Assembly: GCA_965213685.1 (NCBI GenBank)
Contig: CBDBZY010000041.1
Coordinates: 384,001 to 448,000 of the forward strand
Source of the DNA: a bacterium
GTDB lineage: Bacteria > UBA8248
Length of the DNA stretch: 64,000 nt
Reading direction: 5' to 3'
Shown: piece by piece, positions 26,389 to 38,700 of the stretch
Position numbering within the stretch: the first letter of the stretch is position 1
Layout: the number at the start of each line of letters is the position of its first letter
The notes under the pieces: model-generated
What the model was told of the DNA's origin: nothing
Seen by the model: only the letters and a program-made list of their open reading frames with translations
Databases searched by the model: none
Position numbers and translations under genes: made by a program

Positions 26389-26922
26389 CAAGCCCGTAGG
26401 CAGGGTGGGTGCGTAGGGTGCGTACGCACCCGCCCCGTTTGCACAGAGGTCCACCTTGAGCATTAAAGTTAATGTACGTTGTGTAGTTGTTGCGTAACTC
26501 AGCGTTTTGATGTGCGGAGCGAGCGTGTCACGCCTACTTCCAGTATAATGCGCATGTTTGCCCACATGCTAGTCTCGTGAACCAGATCGAATGCTCATTC
26601 GCAGCGAATCCCTTCCTCCCCTCCCCCTTTCGCTCCCTCATCACGGGACTACGTGGGTACGTGAACCAACGATGCTTGAATTGGAGTCTTTGCTCATATA
26701 AGTAGCATTATATACGTCTGTGTGTACGATACTTAACAGTTTATTGTTGGTAAGTGTACACCACATTTGACAAATGTATATCATCGGCATTATAGTACTT
26801 GAACTAACACACCACTTCATGTAATTGTAACATTCTCTGAATGTGTAACTTAGCCTTATTTAATAAGGTCCACTTAATCAAAAGAAAGCACCCACCCACT
26901 CCGTTTGCTGCCTATGGGCTTG
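26389..26922. mobile_element. hAT-like MITE with 5-bp TSD (hAT5 type), ~300 bp upstream of the kinase ATG
   Basis: TIR caagcccgtaggcag / ctgcctatgggcttg; TSD tgaac (26384-26388, 26923-26927). Confidence 0.75.
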
Positions 26923-27098
26923 TGAACTGATGGTGAGAGAGCCTTCCTTGCACAACTGTGGCCAATAATAGCAACTATTACTAGGCATAACAAGGACGGC
27001 ACTCTTTCACCACTGCTTCAGGATATTCTGTGGAGTCTCAATGTAGGACCATCCTCCATATACCCATCACCAGACAGGACTACCATGTCATATTAGGA

Positions 27099-28180
27099 TA
27101 ATTAACCCTCCCGCGCATGCGCGGAGGGTTATTGTAGTCGGTGTGTGTGTGGTGTGTGTGTGTGTGTGTGTCTTCAGGCATGCGCTGATTTTCTCCGTAA
27201 CCGTAGATGCTGCGTTCTTCAAAGTTGGAGAATAGGAGAAGCGTCGTAGTCTCTTGGAACTCGTGAACTTTGGAGCCGCTCGGTTGATGGTGAGGCTATC
27301 GGTATATGAATTCAGTGGACTGGACTGATGGAGTGGACTACTGGACTGGAGCACTAACTGGAACACTGGAGCCTAGTAGTGTTAGAGCAGGCTATGCGCT
27401 GTATCCTTGTGTAACTCAGCTAAGGCGAACTCTGGATTCAGTTTCAACTTGGCAAAAGCATGGGGTCATTACTTTTTTGGGTGTGGCCTATCATTCTACG
27501 CATGCTCATTGCCGCAGTGGTACAACCATGCTGAGTCTAGCACTGGAGAGAAGTGTACCTTATAATCATGGCAGAAGGCACGCTAGCGGATCCGATTGTA
27601 ATTGAGGACTGTGTTTTATCAAGTCCTGTTAAGCGGATTGCCATGATTGGCAACGATATAAGGTACACTTCTCTTCAGTGCTACTCCGCGTGGTTGTACC
27701 AGCATTGAGCATGCATATAGAATGATAGGCCACGCCCCAAGAAGTAATGACAGCTAGCTCCCCATGCTTTTGCCAAGTTGAAACTGAATCCAGGCTTCGC
27801 CTTAGCTGAGTTATGCAAGGATACAGCGCATAGCCTGCTCTAACACTACTAGGCTCCAGTGTTCCAGTGCCCCAGTGCTCCAGTCCAGTAGTCCACTCCA
27901 TCAGTCCACTCCAGTCCACAGGCTGAATTCATATCATGACCCGTCATGGAGCGAAAGTAACTTTTGTAAACTCGCGTTTTCGAGGTTCCATTAGCTACTA
28001 ATGGAGTGGAAGTGTAAACGGTACGATCTGGTGTCATATATGCAATTGGGAGCTTTTCGGCTCAAATGTGTCCAGCCAAAGCGGCAAGCCTAGCTAGTAC
28101 TTTGGTGCGCACCTATTGGAGAACATTTCGCCTTTTATAGCATGTGTGATCCCATCGATTGCGCACAACCCTTGTCTATT
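27099..28180. mobile_element. Possible Helentron/DINE-like non-autonomous element (right boundary uncertain)
   Basis: 5' hairpin taaccctccgcgcatgcgcggagggtta followed by a (GT)n microsatellite, an arrangement typical of such elements. Confidence 0.35.
27304..27934. repeat. Fold-back element: ~320-bp arms in inverted orientation
   Basis: 'atatgaattcag..tggactgatggagtggactactggactggagcact..ggagcctagtagtgttagagcaggctatgcgctgtatcc' is mirrored at 27934->27630. Confidence 0.88.
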
Positions 28181-28646
28181 TTTAAACATTTACACATTAC
28201 CTAATGATGACTAAATGCAGAATAAGATCAATGTACCTACCTTCCAGCTTATTATTAACTTAGCTTGTACACCATAATCCTATGCATCATTTGCAAAATC
28301 ATTACCTGCCTCAGCACTACTTCAGCTATTCAAATACCTTAGGATCCATCCTACAGCACATGATGTAATCCTTACATCACCACTTCTATAGCTAGTCTCG
28401 CGAGCCAGCCGTATTTTTCGGTGGGATGAGCGAGCGGGGAAAAATACGTCTGGACACTCTGACCAGCTTTCCGTGAACCTCCGCAGGAATGTAGGAGGCT
28501 CAAATCTGATTGGTTCGTTAGAAATCAAACACATGACTTCCGGCATACCTATCATACTGACCGTATATTTCTATTTAGCGAGTGTGAAATATTGTTTGTG
28601 TGTGCAATGGCTCGCGATTGAGGTACTGTAACTGCAGCCGTTTTAG

Positions 28647-28674
28647 CATAGATATTATTGCAATAATATCTATG
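28647..28674. mobile_element. 28-bp perfect palindrome, probable P-element footprint
   Basis: catagatattattg|caataatatctatg with 7-bp TSD gttttag. Confidence 0.75.
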
Positions 28675-28715
28675 GTTTTAGCGGCCTCCACAACACTAGG
28701 TTACACACGCCTTAA

Positions 28716-29289
28716 GGGAGGGCAAGTCATGATTGCGTTCTTCGTCAATTACTCTACCGTCGCTTTCCCCCTACATTTACCAACGCTAAAACGACAGCAA
28801 TTCTTTGGCGCGGTTGCAAATTCGCTGGGAAAAAATTCATATTTCCCGCTACTGTTGGACGTGCGGCGCTATGTGGCGCCAACCGGTGAAGAGGTGGATG
28901 CTCGCCAAAGGGGAGTGAACTAGTTTATGCGCAATGGGTTGCTCGAGGCTTGGCTTGCTACTTTACGGCAGAATTTGCTACCGTTTTTCGAAATTCTGCA
29001 GCACGACAAAAACGATTATATGTCTAGAAAGAAAGATTTAGCACGGATTTTTAAAGCAAACTTAGATAGCCAACATGCTTAGTAATCATCCACCGAAGTT
29101 TCGTCTCTGCAGCATTAGCCGTTATTGGCAAATTTTTTTTCTATAATTAGCGATATGCATATTGCGTAAATTTTATAATTCTATGAACAGACATATCACG
29201 CAAGACTACGTTATTTCGCTAACAGGCATCATTAGGAGAATACAATAAAACATAAATCAGGCAAAATCATGTCTTAGGGTCGTCCTGCC
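28716..29289. mobile_element. Kolobok-like MITE, copy 1 (second copy 60018-60591)
   Basis: TTAA TSD; short imperfect TIR gggagggcaa / tcgtcctgcc; splits the RecQ reading frame; highly similar second copy in a different context. Confidence 0.85.
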
Positions 29290-30061
29290 TTAAGCCTGAG
29301 CAGAAGTGTGTGATTGAAGCATTTTTGAAGGGAAGAGACGTTTTTGTTAGCTTACCTACTGGAAGTGGGAAATCTTTATGCTACGCCCTATTACCTGCTG
29401 CTTTTGACTTCTTGCGAGAGGGTGAAAGATCGATTGTTATCCTTGTTAGCCCGCTGTTAGAAGGAGAGCGCGAAGTGCTTGCTTCACTGAATGTACCGCT
29501 GCCCGCAACTCCTACTAGCTCTCCATACCGCCTCACCCCACTCTCAAGGGCAGCATCAAGCGAGCTAGCTTCGGCTCTCAGTTTCTGCAGCTTCTCCAGT
29601 CGCCCGAAGCAACCGCGGTAGACGATTGTCGAACCTCCTGGCGGAAGAAAGACATACAGCGCTCTGATACACTCGTGAGACGACTTCCTTATGTCTGCCT
29701 ATCGGCATCCTTCTAAAGGCGCCTCCTGTCACGAGAGTTCGGTGAGACTGGGCACAGGCCACACAAACAACACAGCTACTTTAATTCACATTCCATGGGC
29801 GTGACCTTCGGCCGTTAAACGTAATTATTAAATTCCTTCGTGGCACGGAAAGCTGGTCAGAGTGCCCAGACGTATTTTTCCCCGCTCGCTCCTCCCACCA
29901 GAAAAATACGGCGGGCTCGCGAGACTATTCTATAGCATGTGTGGTCCCAAATATCTATTTTTTAATGCAATTGCATAAGCCTTTGTCTATTTTTGGAACA
30001 CTTACACATTACACAATTATGATTGCATGCAAGTGAAGCAAAATAAAATGAAATGAGGTAC

Positions 30062-31102
30062 CTTTCATCTTGTACATCACCATGGACACCATGAACATTT
30101 GCACTGGAGATTCCTTTGTCCACTTCATCAAACCTTTCCACCTCTTCAAACGTACAGTGGAACCCCTCTAAAGCGGACACCATAAAGGCATTGGGACCAG
30201 GATTTTTGTCCGTTATAGCGTGGTGTCCGTAGCTCAGGGGGTTTAGGTGTTCACGTGCGTGAATGCGCGCGCATGTAGCTAGTGTCCGTATAGGCTATAC
30301 ACACTCATAGGCTGGGGTCAAGAGGGAAAATCAGTCTGTAGCTAGCGAAAATCTGACTTCACTGGGAATCCAATCGTTCGTGAGAAGCCGCCACGGGTAC
30401 CGTACATCACAGCTACGTAGTTGACCCTTGACCTACGTGAAGATCGTGAGCTTGAATGCTATACTTACCAAGTTGAGTGACTTTGCAACTATTATTGCTG
30501 TATCTACAGTCTAACTTTGGTTTCCGTTATGTTCGCAATATAATGGGTACTTCACAGTACGTTGTAGTTATTGGGATATACGGAGGTGCATGTCCGTAAT
30601 ATAAAATATCGAGGTGTCTGTATCTGAGGGGCTGATTTATGAAACTTTATAATAGGCATGCGTTTGAGACCTTTGATGTGCCTCCGAATAATCGCGATGG
30701 CTGTTTTTCGGGAGTCCAGCATAAAGGGTTTGACTTTACAATATTCCGTGGGTGTGGCTAAAGTGTCCGTTGAGCGGAGTTTTCTAGTATTGCAAGTGTA
30801 CAATTATTGGGGACGGATTACTGTCCGTTATACGGAGTAGCGGGGTGTCCGCTATTCAGGGGTTTCTAATGTATTAAAGTCTATGGAGAAACGATCGGGA
30901 CTTTCAGAATTGTCCGTTATATCGTGGGTGTCCGCCGTTGAGGGGTGTCCGTTAAGCGGGGTTCCACTGTACATTCTGCCATGCTGCATCCATTCCCACA
31001 CTTATGTATGGTTGAGATGAACCAGAAAGACAAACTACTATCATCCCCCTCATAATGGACAATGGAGGTCTCATCATTCTCTTGTAACACTTTAAATGTA
31101 AC
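30062..31102 (-). pseudogene. Unidentified coding exon split by the Tc1/pogo MITE
   Basis: Removing 30155-30969 plus one TA restores the frame TFKVLQENDETSIVHYEGDD..MAEC|TFEEVERFDEVDKG..QDER, between a tgacag acceptor and a gtacct donor. Confidence 0.45.
30155..30969. mobile_element. Tc1/mariner-pogo type MITE
   Basis: TA|CAGTGGAACCCC..CGGACACC ... GTGTCCG..GGGGTTCCACTG|TA; partial relatives at ~50915-50994 and ~61270-61481. Confidence 0.9.
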
Positions 31103-31399
31103 TGTCATTATGACAACACAGAATTTTAAGTTAAACTTGATTTGAATCTTGATTCTTATACGTATTGACAATGGTCATTAACAAAATGTGATAATCATTT
31201 TGAAATGCAATGATTATGAAGAAAGTGATACTATTATTGCATGTAGTTATTTAATCAGGCTAACAAAACAACTGCTATACATTCTGTAGTCTTTTATATA
31301 CCTTCTAAATATAGACCTTTCACATGATCAATGAGACTGCCTTGATTTGTCATAGGTATATGGTAGACATAGCAAAGACTGCCATACTGCATGTCTGTG

Positions 31400-31467
<68 letters not shown>

Positions 31468-32693
31468 TGTTTGCAAGTGCAATGTTTGTGAACGCTATTC
31501 AGCAGTGCTAGTCATAAGGCTAACATACACCACAAAGACATGTATCAAAAACGAATGGCATGACTACAGTAAATACATTAATTTTTTCCCCCACCCCACA
31601 TAAAATACATTATTTTTTCCCCCACCCCACCATGATTATGATATAATGCCCCCACACAGAATGTGTAGGGTATCCTCTAAGTGATGTGGGGAGGGAAAGG
31701 CAGTCTATATTACCACTTCATTGAGCATGACATAACACTGATTGTCCATGACCATGTGGAATAACTTGCCTGTTGACTGTGTTTCTTGTAGTATTCATTT
31801 AAGTACAACGTCGTACTACTCCTATGTGATGCCAAATTGTGTTGTACTCTTTTAGTATAATTATTATTGGACATTTAACCCTCGTGCTCGGTGGGCTCTC
31901 AGGCTAGTACTGTTATATGTACTTGAAGTTCAATTCATGAGCACCTGCTCACACCTGCGATTGTTCGTGAGCTTATAATTATAGGGGGACGCTGCATGTA
32001 GAGAAAGACCCCACATTGCGGTCGCTACTCTTTCCACACCTGAGCTGTATGGTACAGCTCACATAATTATGTGGTAGCAAAATGATTATGTCTGTACATA
32101 GCCACTTCATCCTCTCACTATATAGACCAGACTGAAACAGCTCTTAGCCACGTGCAGATGCCGATCGGGGTGTGAGCCTCCGAGGCCGTTCTCTCTATGT
32201 TGTGCTGCTAGTCCTTGAACACGCAATGAAAGGAGCCCCACCCACTTTCACATCTGACGCCAGCTTGTGGCATGACGTCACTCAGAGCGGCACCTCCAGC
32301 TCCCACAGCTACTGTCAGCTAGCACTGCTTCCCAGGATCCCACATGTCACGTTGCCCGCCCACGTGATCCACCTCATCCTTGCCCTCATTCTCCTTCTCC
32401 TCCAGTGGTATATACTTGGAATACTCAGCTGTGCAGAAAGAAGTTTTGGGTTAGTATAACTAGCCTACCCCTGACCTTTGCCCCATCAAATAACCAAGTT
32501 AATTGAGCAAAACACCCCTCAGGTATTGCTAGTGTCTCCCAGGCTCACATGTACATGCACACACAAATTGTTCTCCAGTCCAGTGGCTACATACAGGGCA
32601 GAGGGTGAGTACAGAGAGCACCAACTAACAATGCCACACACTTTGAATGAATAACATTGTAATGATTAGCAACAGCACACATGTAAGTCCATC

Positions 32694-32881
32694 TCACAAA
32701 CAATTATTATGCAGTACATTTTGATAACAATCATTTGAGGACTCCTCATACACACTCCTCCTGTACTGTCCTCTGTCTGGTAGTATGTACAGGGCAAGAC
32801 TGTCGATGACTGTGGCAGTGAGAGTGAAGAGACCCATCCCAGGCACCAGGTGGAGGAGGAGGGTGGGCAGGGAGAACAGGC
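32694..32881 (-). pseudogene. Isolated P2X purinoceptor-like TM2/C-terminal exon
   Basis: GLFSLPTLLLHLVPGMGLFTLTATVIDSLALYILPDRGQYRRSVYEE resembles P2X 'GKFxxIPT..GSGL...ATVxCDxxxLY...Y'; ccctcag acceptor; no ectodomain exons found. Confidence 0.6.
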
Positions 32882-33256
32882 CTGAGGGAGGGAGGGAGGG
32901 ATGGGGGTAGTGTACATGTACATGTAGGTTGGTCACTGATCACTGTTTCCCTTTCTCTCTTTTCAGTACATGTTTACATGTACAATTCCGCTATGCTAGA
33001 CATGTACTCACTCCTCCCTCCCTCGCTCCCTCCCTCTGTTCTGTTCCTTCCTCCTTCCTCTATCAATCGCTTTCCCTGCTTCAGGCAGAGCTTGCGGTGA
33101 CTCTTTCACTGACCTTATTAGGCCTTGATACATTATGCTTTTTTTCCACCTATTATTCTATTCCCCTATTCTTAGTCCATTATTCTCCTTAAAGCTGTGA
33201 TTATGCTTTGTTTCAAAAGATTATTCTGCAAAAATAACTACTCTCTAACTCCAAAT

Positions 33257-36200
33257 TGTAGTATTGTATGACTAGTCAATGAGTGCATCTGTGACGTCAC
33301 TTCCTTGTATTGTCATTTCCTAAGGTATTCACTACTTGGTTTGTATCTCATATAAGTTGTAGTGTATGCAGTCTGTGTGTTGGAGTATGTATTGTGTAAG
33401 TGTGCATGTCTTGCAGTAGAAGTGCTATCATATTCAGTGAAGGTAAGCCTAGTGTAGCCTTTGTGCATGACCCAGAGACAGTGAACCCACAGCCGTGATA
33501 CGACATATTGGCGATGAGTCGGGATGTCAGCCAAGGGTACGCTGGGCAACATCGAGGAGTTCGATGGCAGCAAAGACGACTGGCCGCAATACGTGGAACG
33601 TTTGGAGCACTTCTACGCAAACGAGATAACGGATGCAGACAAAAAGCGGGCTGTCTTCCTGTCTGTCGTGGGAGCAGCCACTTACAAGGGATCAACTTCA
33701 ATAGACGGACCAAGCGTGTAATCACTTCTGCAATAACTTTTAGCTGTTCCTAGCCTGTGCCTAGCCTACCCCTAGCCCTTGCCTATACCTAGCCTATACC
33801 CCAAGCCCTTGCCCTGTCACACGACTAAATAGTCAGGCGGTGAATATGCTACCGCTCGGCCCACCGCAGATTGATTTTTCTATGGTCTTGCCGTAACCTA
33901 TAGCCTCTCCTTCTTCCGGGCGTTCTATGGTGTCACACGGTTTGTGTGTGTATAGGTTACAAGAGTAAACACAATTGTTCGGAGCACCAGCACCCCTCGG
34001 TTGCTAGGGTCTAAAGGCCCTAGCAAGGATCATATCTGAATGGTTAGGCTAAGGACCTCCTTGCGCACGCACTTTGCGAGGTGCCGTGTATCCGACCTGA
34101 TCCCATGTAGGTTAGTCGTGTGACGGGGCGAGGGCTAGGGGTAGGCTAGGTACAGGCTAGGGAACAGCTAAAACCTATTGCGGAAGTGATTACACGCCTG
34201 ATCCGTCTATTGAAGTTGATCCACAACAAGGTCCTGCGAAACATCGTCTCGCCGGACAAGCCTGGAGACAAGACGTATGCGGCGCTGGTGGAGGCGCTTT
34301 CAAAGCATTTCAAACCTGCTCTCTCAGAAATAGTGGAGCGCTTTAAGTTCCATAGCAGAGTTTGGAACCCAGGTGAGTCAGTTGCGACATACTTGGCAGA
34401 GCTACACTCCCTCTCAGAGTTCTGCAACTTCAGGGACACGCTCGAAGTGATGATCCGTGACCGCTTAGTTTGTGGGATCAACGACGCCGCCATTCAAAAG
34501 TGCTTGCTTGCCGAATCAGGACTGACCTATGCGAAGGCTGTGGAGATCACACTGAACGCAGAGACCGCCGCAAAGAGCATGCGAGAACTGTGAGTAAAGT
34601 CAGAGGAGGTCTGGAAGCCACACCAATCCGTACACAGGACCAGTGCAACCTCGCCTTCGAGTGTTGGTGCCGAAGCAGCACCTACCTGTTACAGAGGACA
34701 TTTGGTTGCCAGGTGTAGGGTCAGGAAAGATGTGGTGTGCCACTACTGCGGCAAGCAAGGTCATCTACAGTGAATCTGCAAGAGCAAGGATCAGTGGAAC
34801 CAGAGCAGGAGCAGCAAACGCAAGATCCAGACCGTGGGTCGAGTCCAAGACGAGGAGGATGAGGAAGAGGAGTCAGCATTCAAGAGTGACTCTACTCTCT
34901 GCCACATGGGATCCCGTGGAGTGGCCGACTCACCTATCATGGTGAAGGTGAAGGTGGACAACTGTGTGCCAGTTAACATGGAAGTGAACACAGTGGGTCA
35001 CACTCTTTGATGTCGAGTCCACCTTCAGGGGGCTGTGGCCAGGGAGGAGCTTGCACCCCACTCCCATCAGGCTTCAGTCCTAGCCCATCCCAGTGCTAGG
35101 ATGTTGCAAGGTAAACATTGACTACCAAGGCCAGACTGGAGAGATGCCACTGGTGATAGTGGAGGGCTCTGGGCCCACCCTGCTGTGCAGAGATTGGCTC
35201 TGTTGTATCCAGCTGAACTGGAGAGAGATCCACCATGTGCACTCCCCATCTCTACAGTCTGTGCTAGCACGCTACCCCTCAGTTTTCCAGGAAGGCCTGG
35301 GCACCCTCCAGGGTTTCAAAGCCAGAATCTATGTGGACCCAGATGCTCCACCTAGATTTCACCCTGTGAGATCAGTCCCTTATGCCCTGTGGGATAAGGT
35401 CGACAAGGAACTCCAGCGACTCCAAGACGAGGGGACCCTCAAACCAGTGGAAATAGCCGAGTGGGCAGCCCCCACAGTGGTTGTTTTGAAGCGAGACAAG
35501 GATATTGTCCGCATTTGCGGTAACTTCAGTGTCACCATCAATCCAGTGTCGAAGCTGGATCGCTACCCAATCCTGAGGGTGGAAGACCTTTTCTCTTGAC
35601 TGAGCAAAGGAAAGTACTTTTCCAAGCTCGATCTCTCTCAGGCATGTCAGCAACTCCCCTTGGATGACCAATCCAAAGAATACGTCATGATCAACACTCA
35701 CAGTGGATTGTTTCGATATACCAGACTCCCGTTTGGTATCTCCTCAGCACCTGGTATTTTTCAACAAGTCATTGAGAGCCTCCTCCAAGGCATTGATGAA
35801 GTGGTTGTCTACCTGGATGATATTCTTGTCACTGGGAGTACAGAAGAGAGTCACCTCCAGGCACTTGACGAAGTGCTGAATCGCCTCGACAAAGCCAGTC
35901 TGAGAGTGAAGCAGAGTAAATGTGAGTTTCGAGGAAATCTGTGACCTACCTAGGTCACCGTATGGATGCAGATGGCCTTCATCCACTCCAGGTCAGGGTT
36001 AGAGCTATTGAAGAAGCTCCGACACCCACCTCAGTCTCCACACTGAAGTCATACTTGGGAATGCTGACATATTATAGCAGATTCCTTCCCAACCTTTCCA
36101 CCACTTTACATCCACTGTACCTCCTGCTTCGGAAGGACGCTCCCTGTAAATGGGGTGTCGACCAAGAGAAGGCTTTTGCCGCCTCCAAACAGCTCCTGAC

Positions 36201-38374
36201 TTCTGAAAGTTGCCTCACCCATTTCGACTCATCACTGGAGCTCACTCTGGCATGCGACGCTTCAGCGTATGGGCTGGGGGCAGTCCTCTCCCATAAGATG
36301 CCAGATGGATCTGAAAGGCCAATAGGCTATGCCTCTTGCACACTCAATTCCTCTGAGTGTAATTACGCTCAACTCGAGAAGGAAGGCCTCTCATGCATTT
36401 TTGGAATCAAGAAATTCCATGATTATCTTTTTGGTCGATCGTTTGAGCTTGTCACAGATCAAAAGCCACTGCTGGGCCTCTTGAAGGAGGATCGTGCAGT
36501 TTCCCCACAAGCCTGAGCTAGAATCAAGCGATGGTCCCTTTTCTTCTCTAGCTACGAGTACACTCTGGCATTCCGGAACACAGCTGCTCATGCTAATGCC
36601 GACGCTCTCAGTCGCCTACCACTACCAGAGGAGCCAGCCAGGACTACTGTGGAACCTGAACTGGTGTTGGCCGAGCATCTGGATGACTCCCCTGTGACAG
36701 CTACAGATATCCGGTCCTGGATCCAACAGGACAAGAAGCTGTCACAAGTTCTGCAGTATGTTCAGCTTGGATGGCCGAGTGAAGGTGACCCTGATCTTGA
36801 GCAATACTTGTCACATTGGCTTGAACTCTCATCGTTTGAAGGATGTATCATGTGGGGAACGAGGATTGTCATTCCTCCACCTGGAAGGCAGGCAGTGCTA
36901 CAGGAGTTACATGAGGGCCATCCTGGCATCTCGAGGATGAGAGCCCTCGTGAGGATGTACGTGTGGTGGCCAGGGATCAACAGTGACATTGAGAAGTCAG
37001 TCCGGCTGGGTCAGCCATGCCAAGAAGTCCAATCCTCACCACCACCTGCACCTCTCAACCCTTGGAAATGGCCCACTAGGCCATGGGCAAGACTCCATAT
37101 GAATTTTGCTTGCCCATTTCAAGGGAAGACCATCCTGGTTGTGATCGACGCACACTCAAAGTGGATAGAGGCTACTTCTACACCCTCAACATCATCATCA
37201 ACTGTCATCGAGGAACTACGAACTCTCTTTGCGAAGTTTGGTCTCCCAGAGACAATCGTGACCGACAATAGTTCTGGTTTTACATCAGCGCCCTATCATC
37301 CTGCCTCAAACGGGCTTGCTGAACGTGCCGTCCAAATCGTCAAGAAGGGCCTAAAGAAAGTGACATCAGAAAGCATGAACACTCATTTGGCCAAAGTCCT
37401 CTTCACATACCGCATCACCCCCCAGAGTACCACAGGAATCTCACCAGCAGAGCTCCTGTTGGGCCGAAGACCACATACACGACTTGATCTCTTGCGTCCC
37501 AACACAGCAAGAAGGGTGGAAGAGAGACAACAGGCCCAGAAAAGGAAGCATAATCTCAGAGCTCGTACAAGATCATTTAAAGAAGGAGACACAGTGTTTG
37601 TTAAGAACTTTGGCTCTGGCTGTCAATGGTTGCCAGGGAAGATCCTGGACATGTCTGGACCAGTTTCATTTCATGTTCAGTTGGAATATGGGAGACAGAG
37701 ACACTGTCACCAAGACCACTTACGTTTGAGAGAAGTGGAAGGAGCTATGTCCAGTGATATGTCTCAGATTGCTCCAGAGGACAGTATTCTGATCTCTCCC
37801 ACCACGACCTCAGAGTCTAGAGATCCAGTCATGATGTCAGTATCTTCTGGGACTCCACCAGAAGTGGGTCCTCCTACAGAGCAGACAGAGTCTCCTACAA
37901 CTACCTCTCAACCATCTGCAAGCAACCCGTCCGCACAGCGATATCCTCGCCGCAACAGGAAACCAAGAGACCATTTCGAACCTGGAATTAACTAAGGACG
38001 ATCTCACGTGAGAACTATGTTACTATGTGTGAGAATTAACTGTGTGTGTTAATCTTGGTGCATGCATATCATCTTCTTTCTTCTCTTTTTCTGTTTGCAT
38101 AAGTACCCTCTTAAGGGGGCAGGAATGTAGTATTGTATGACTAGTCAATAAGTGCATTTGTGACATCACTTCCTTGTATTGTCATTTCCTAAGGTATTCA
38201 CTAATTGGTTTTTATCTCATATAAGTTGTAGTGTATGCAGTCTGTGTGTTGGAGTATGTATTGTGTAAGTGTGCATGTCTTGCAGTAGAAGTGCTATCAT
38301 ATTCAGTGAAGCTAAGCCTAGTGTAGCCTTTGTGCATGACCCAGAGACAGTGAACCCACAGCCGTGATACGACA
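33257..38374 (+). mobile_element. Full-length decayed Ty3/Gypsy LTR retrotransposon (Mag-like)
   Basis: 249-bp TG..CA LTRs (33257-33505, 38126-38374; about 6 mismatches); TSD caaat; PBS tggcgatgag (tRNA-Ser-like); PPT aagggggcaggaa. Gag, protease, RT (YLDD), RNase H (CDAS..EKE) and integrase (HHCC, DAHSKW, GLAER) in Gypsy order, with many stops and frameshifts. Confidence 0.97.
33689..34222. mobile_element. Mutator-like MITE inserted in Gypsy gag
   Basis: TIRs of about 90 bp (ggatcaacttcaatagacgga.. / ..tccgtctattgaagttgatcc); degenerate 9-bp TSD acttacaag / ac-aacaag; gag reads GAATYK|VLRNIVSP across it. Confidence 0.8.
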
Positions 38375-38589
38375 CAAATCAGTTCTGATTTCAGCTTCTA
38401 CAGTGACCACGGTCCTCATAGCCTCCACTAGACTGCAGCCTGGCTGGTCCAAATCTCTGTCCACCATTACTGCACACTCTTAATAATGCACACTAATTAA
38501 TTGATCTACCCACAACACGGGATAGTCTGTGAGCCTCAGTACACGTGGGTGGCATGCAATGGGTGGAGCAATAAAATGTGGTGCCAAAG

Positions 38590-38700
38590 TATTTTTATTA
38601 CTTTATACTTTCACACAACCTTCGATTATTTTTATTACTTTATACTTTCACACAACCTTCGATTATTTTTATTACTTTATACTTTCACACAACCTTCGAT
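38590..38700. repeat. 3 x 37-bp perfect tandem repeat
   Basis: tatttttattactttatactttcacacaaccttcgat at 38590, 38627 and 38664; no spacers. Confidence 0.95.

Larger units (their letters stand above)
28393..29927 (+). mobile_element. AcademH-type transposon deletion derivative with a RecQ-like helicase fragment
   Basis: TIRs of about 80 bp starting TAGTCTCGCGAGCC; perfect 9-bp TSD ttctatagc (28384-28392, 29928-29936). After removing the MITE it reads LGYTRLKPEQKCVIEAFLKGRDVFVSLPTGSGKSLCY..SIVILVSPL (SF2 RecQ motifs 0/I/Ia). Confidence 0.88.

Noticed and set aside
29310-29460. Host RecQ/BLM/WRN gene
   Set aside because: A short fragment enclosed by TIRs and a 9-bp TSD, so it is transposon-borne.
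38590-38700. 37-bp repeats (CRISPR-repeat length)
   Set aside because: Head-to-tail with no spacers, inside a MITE.
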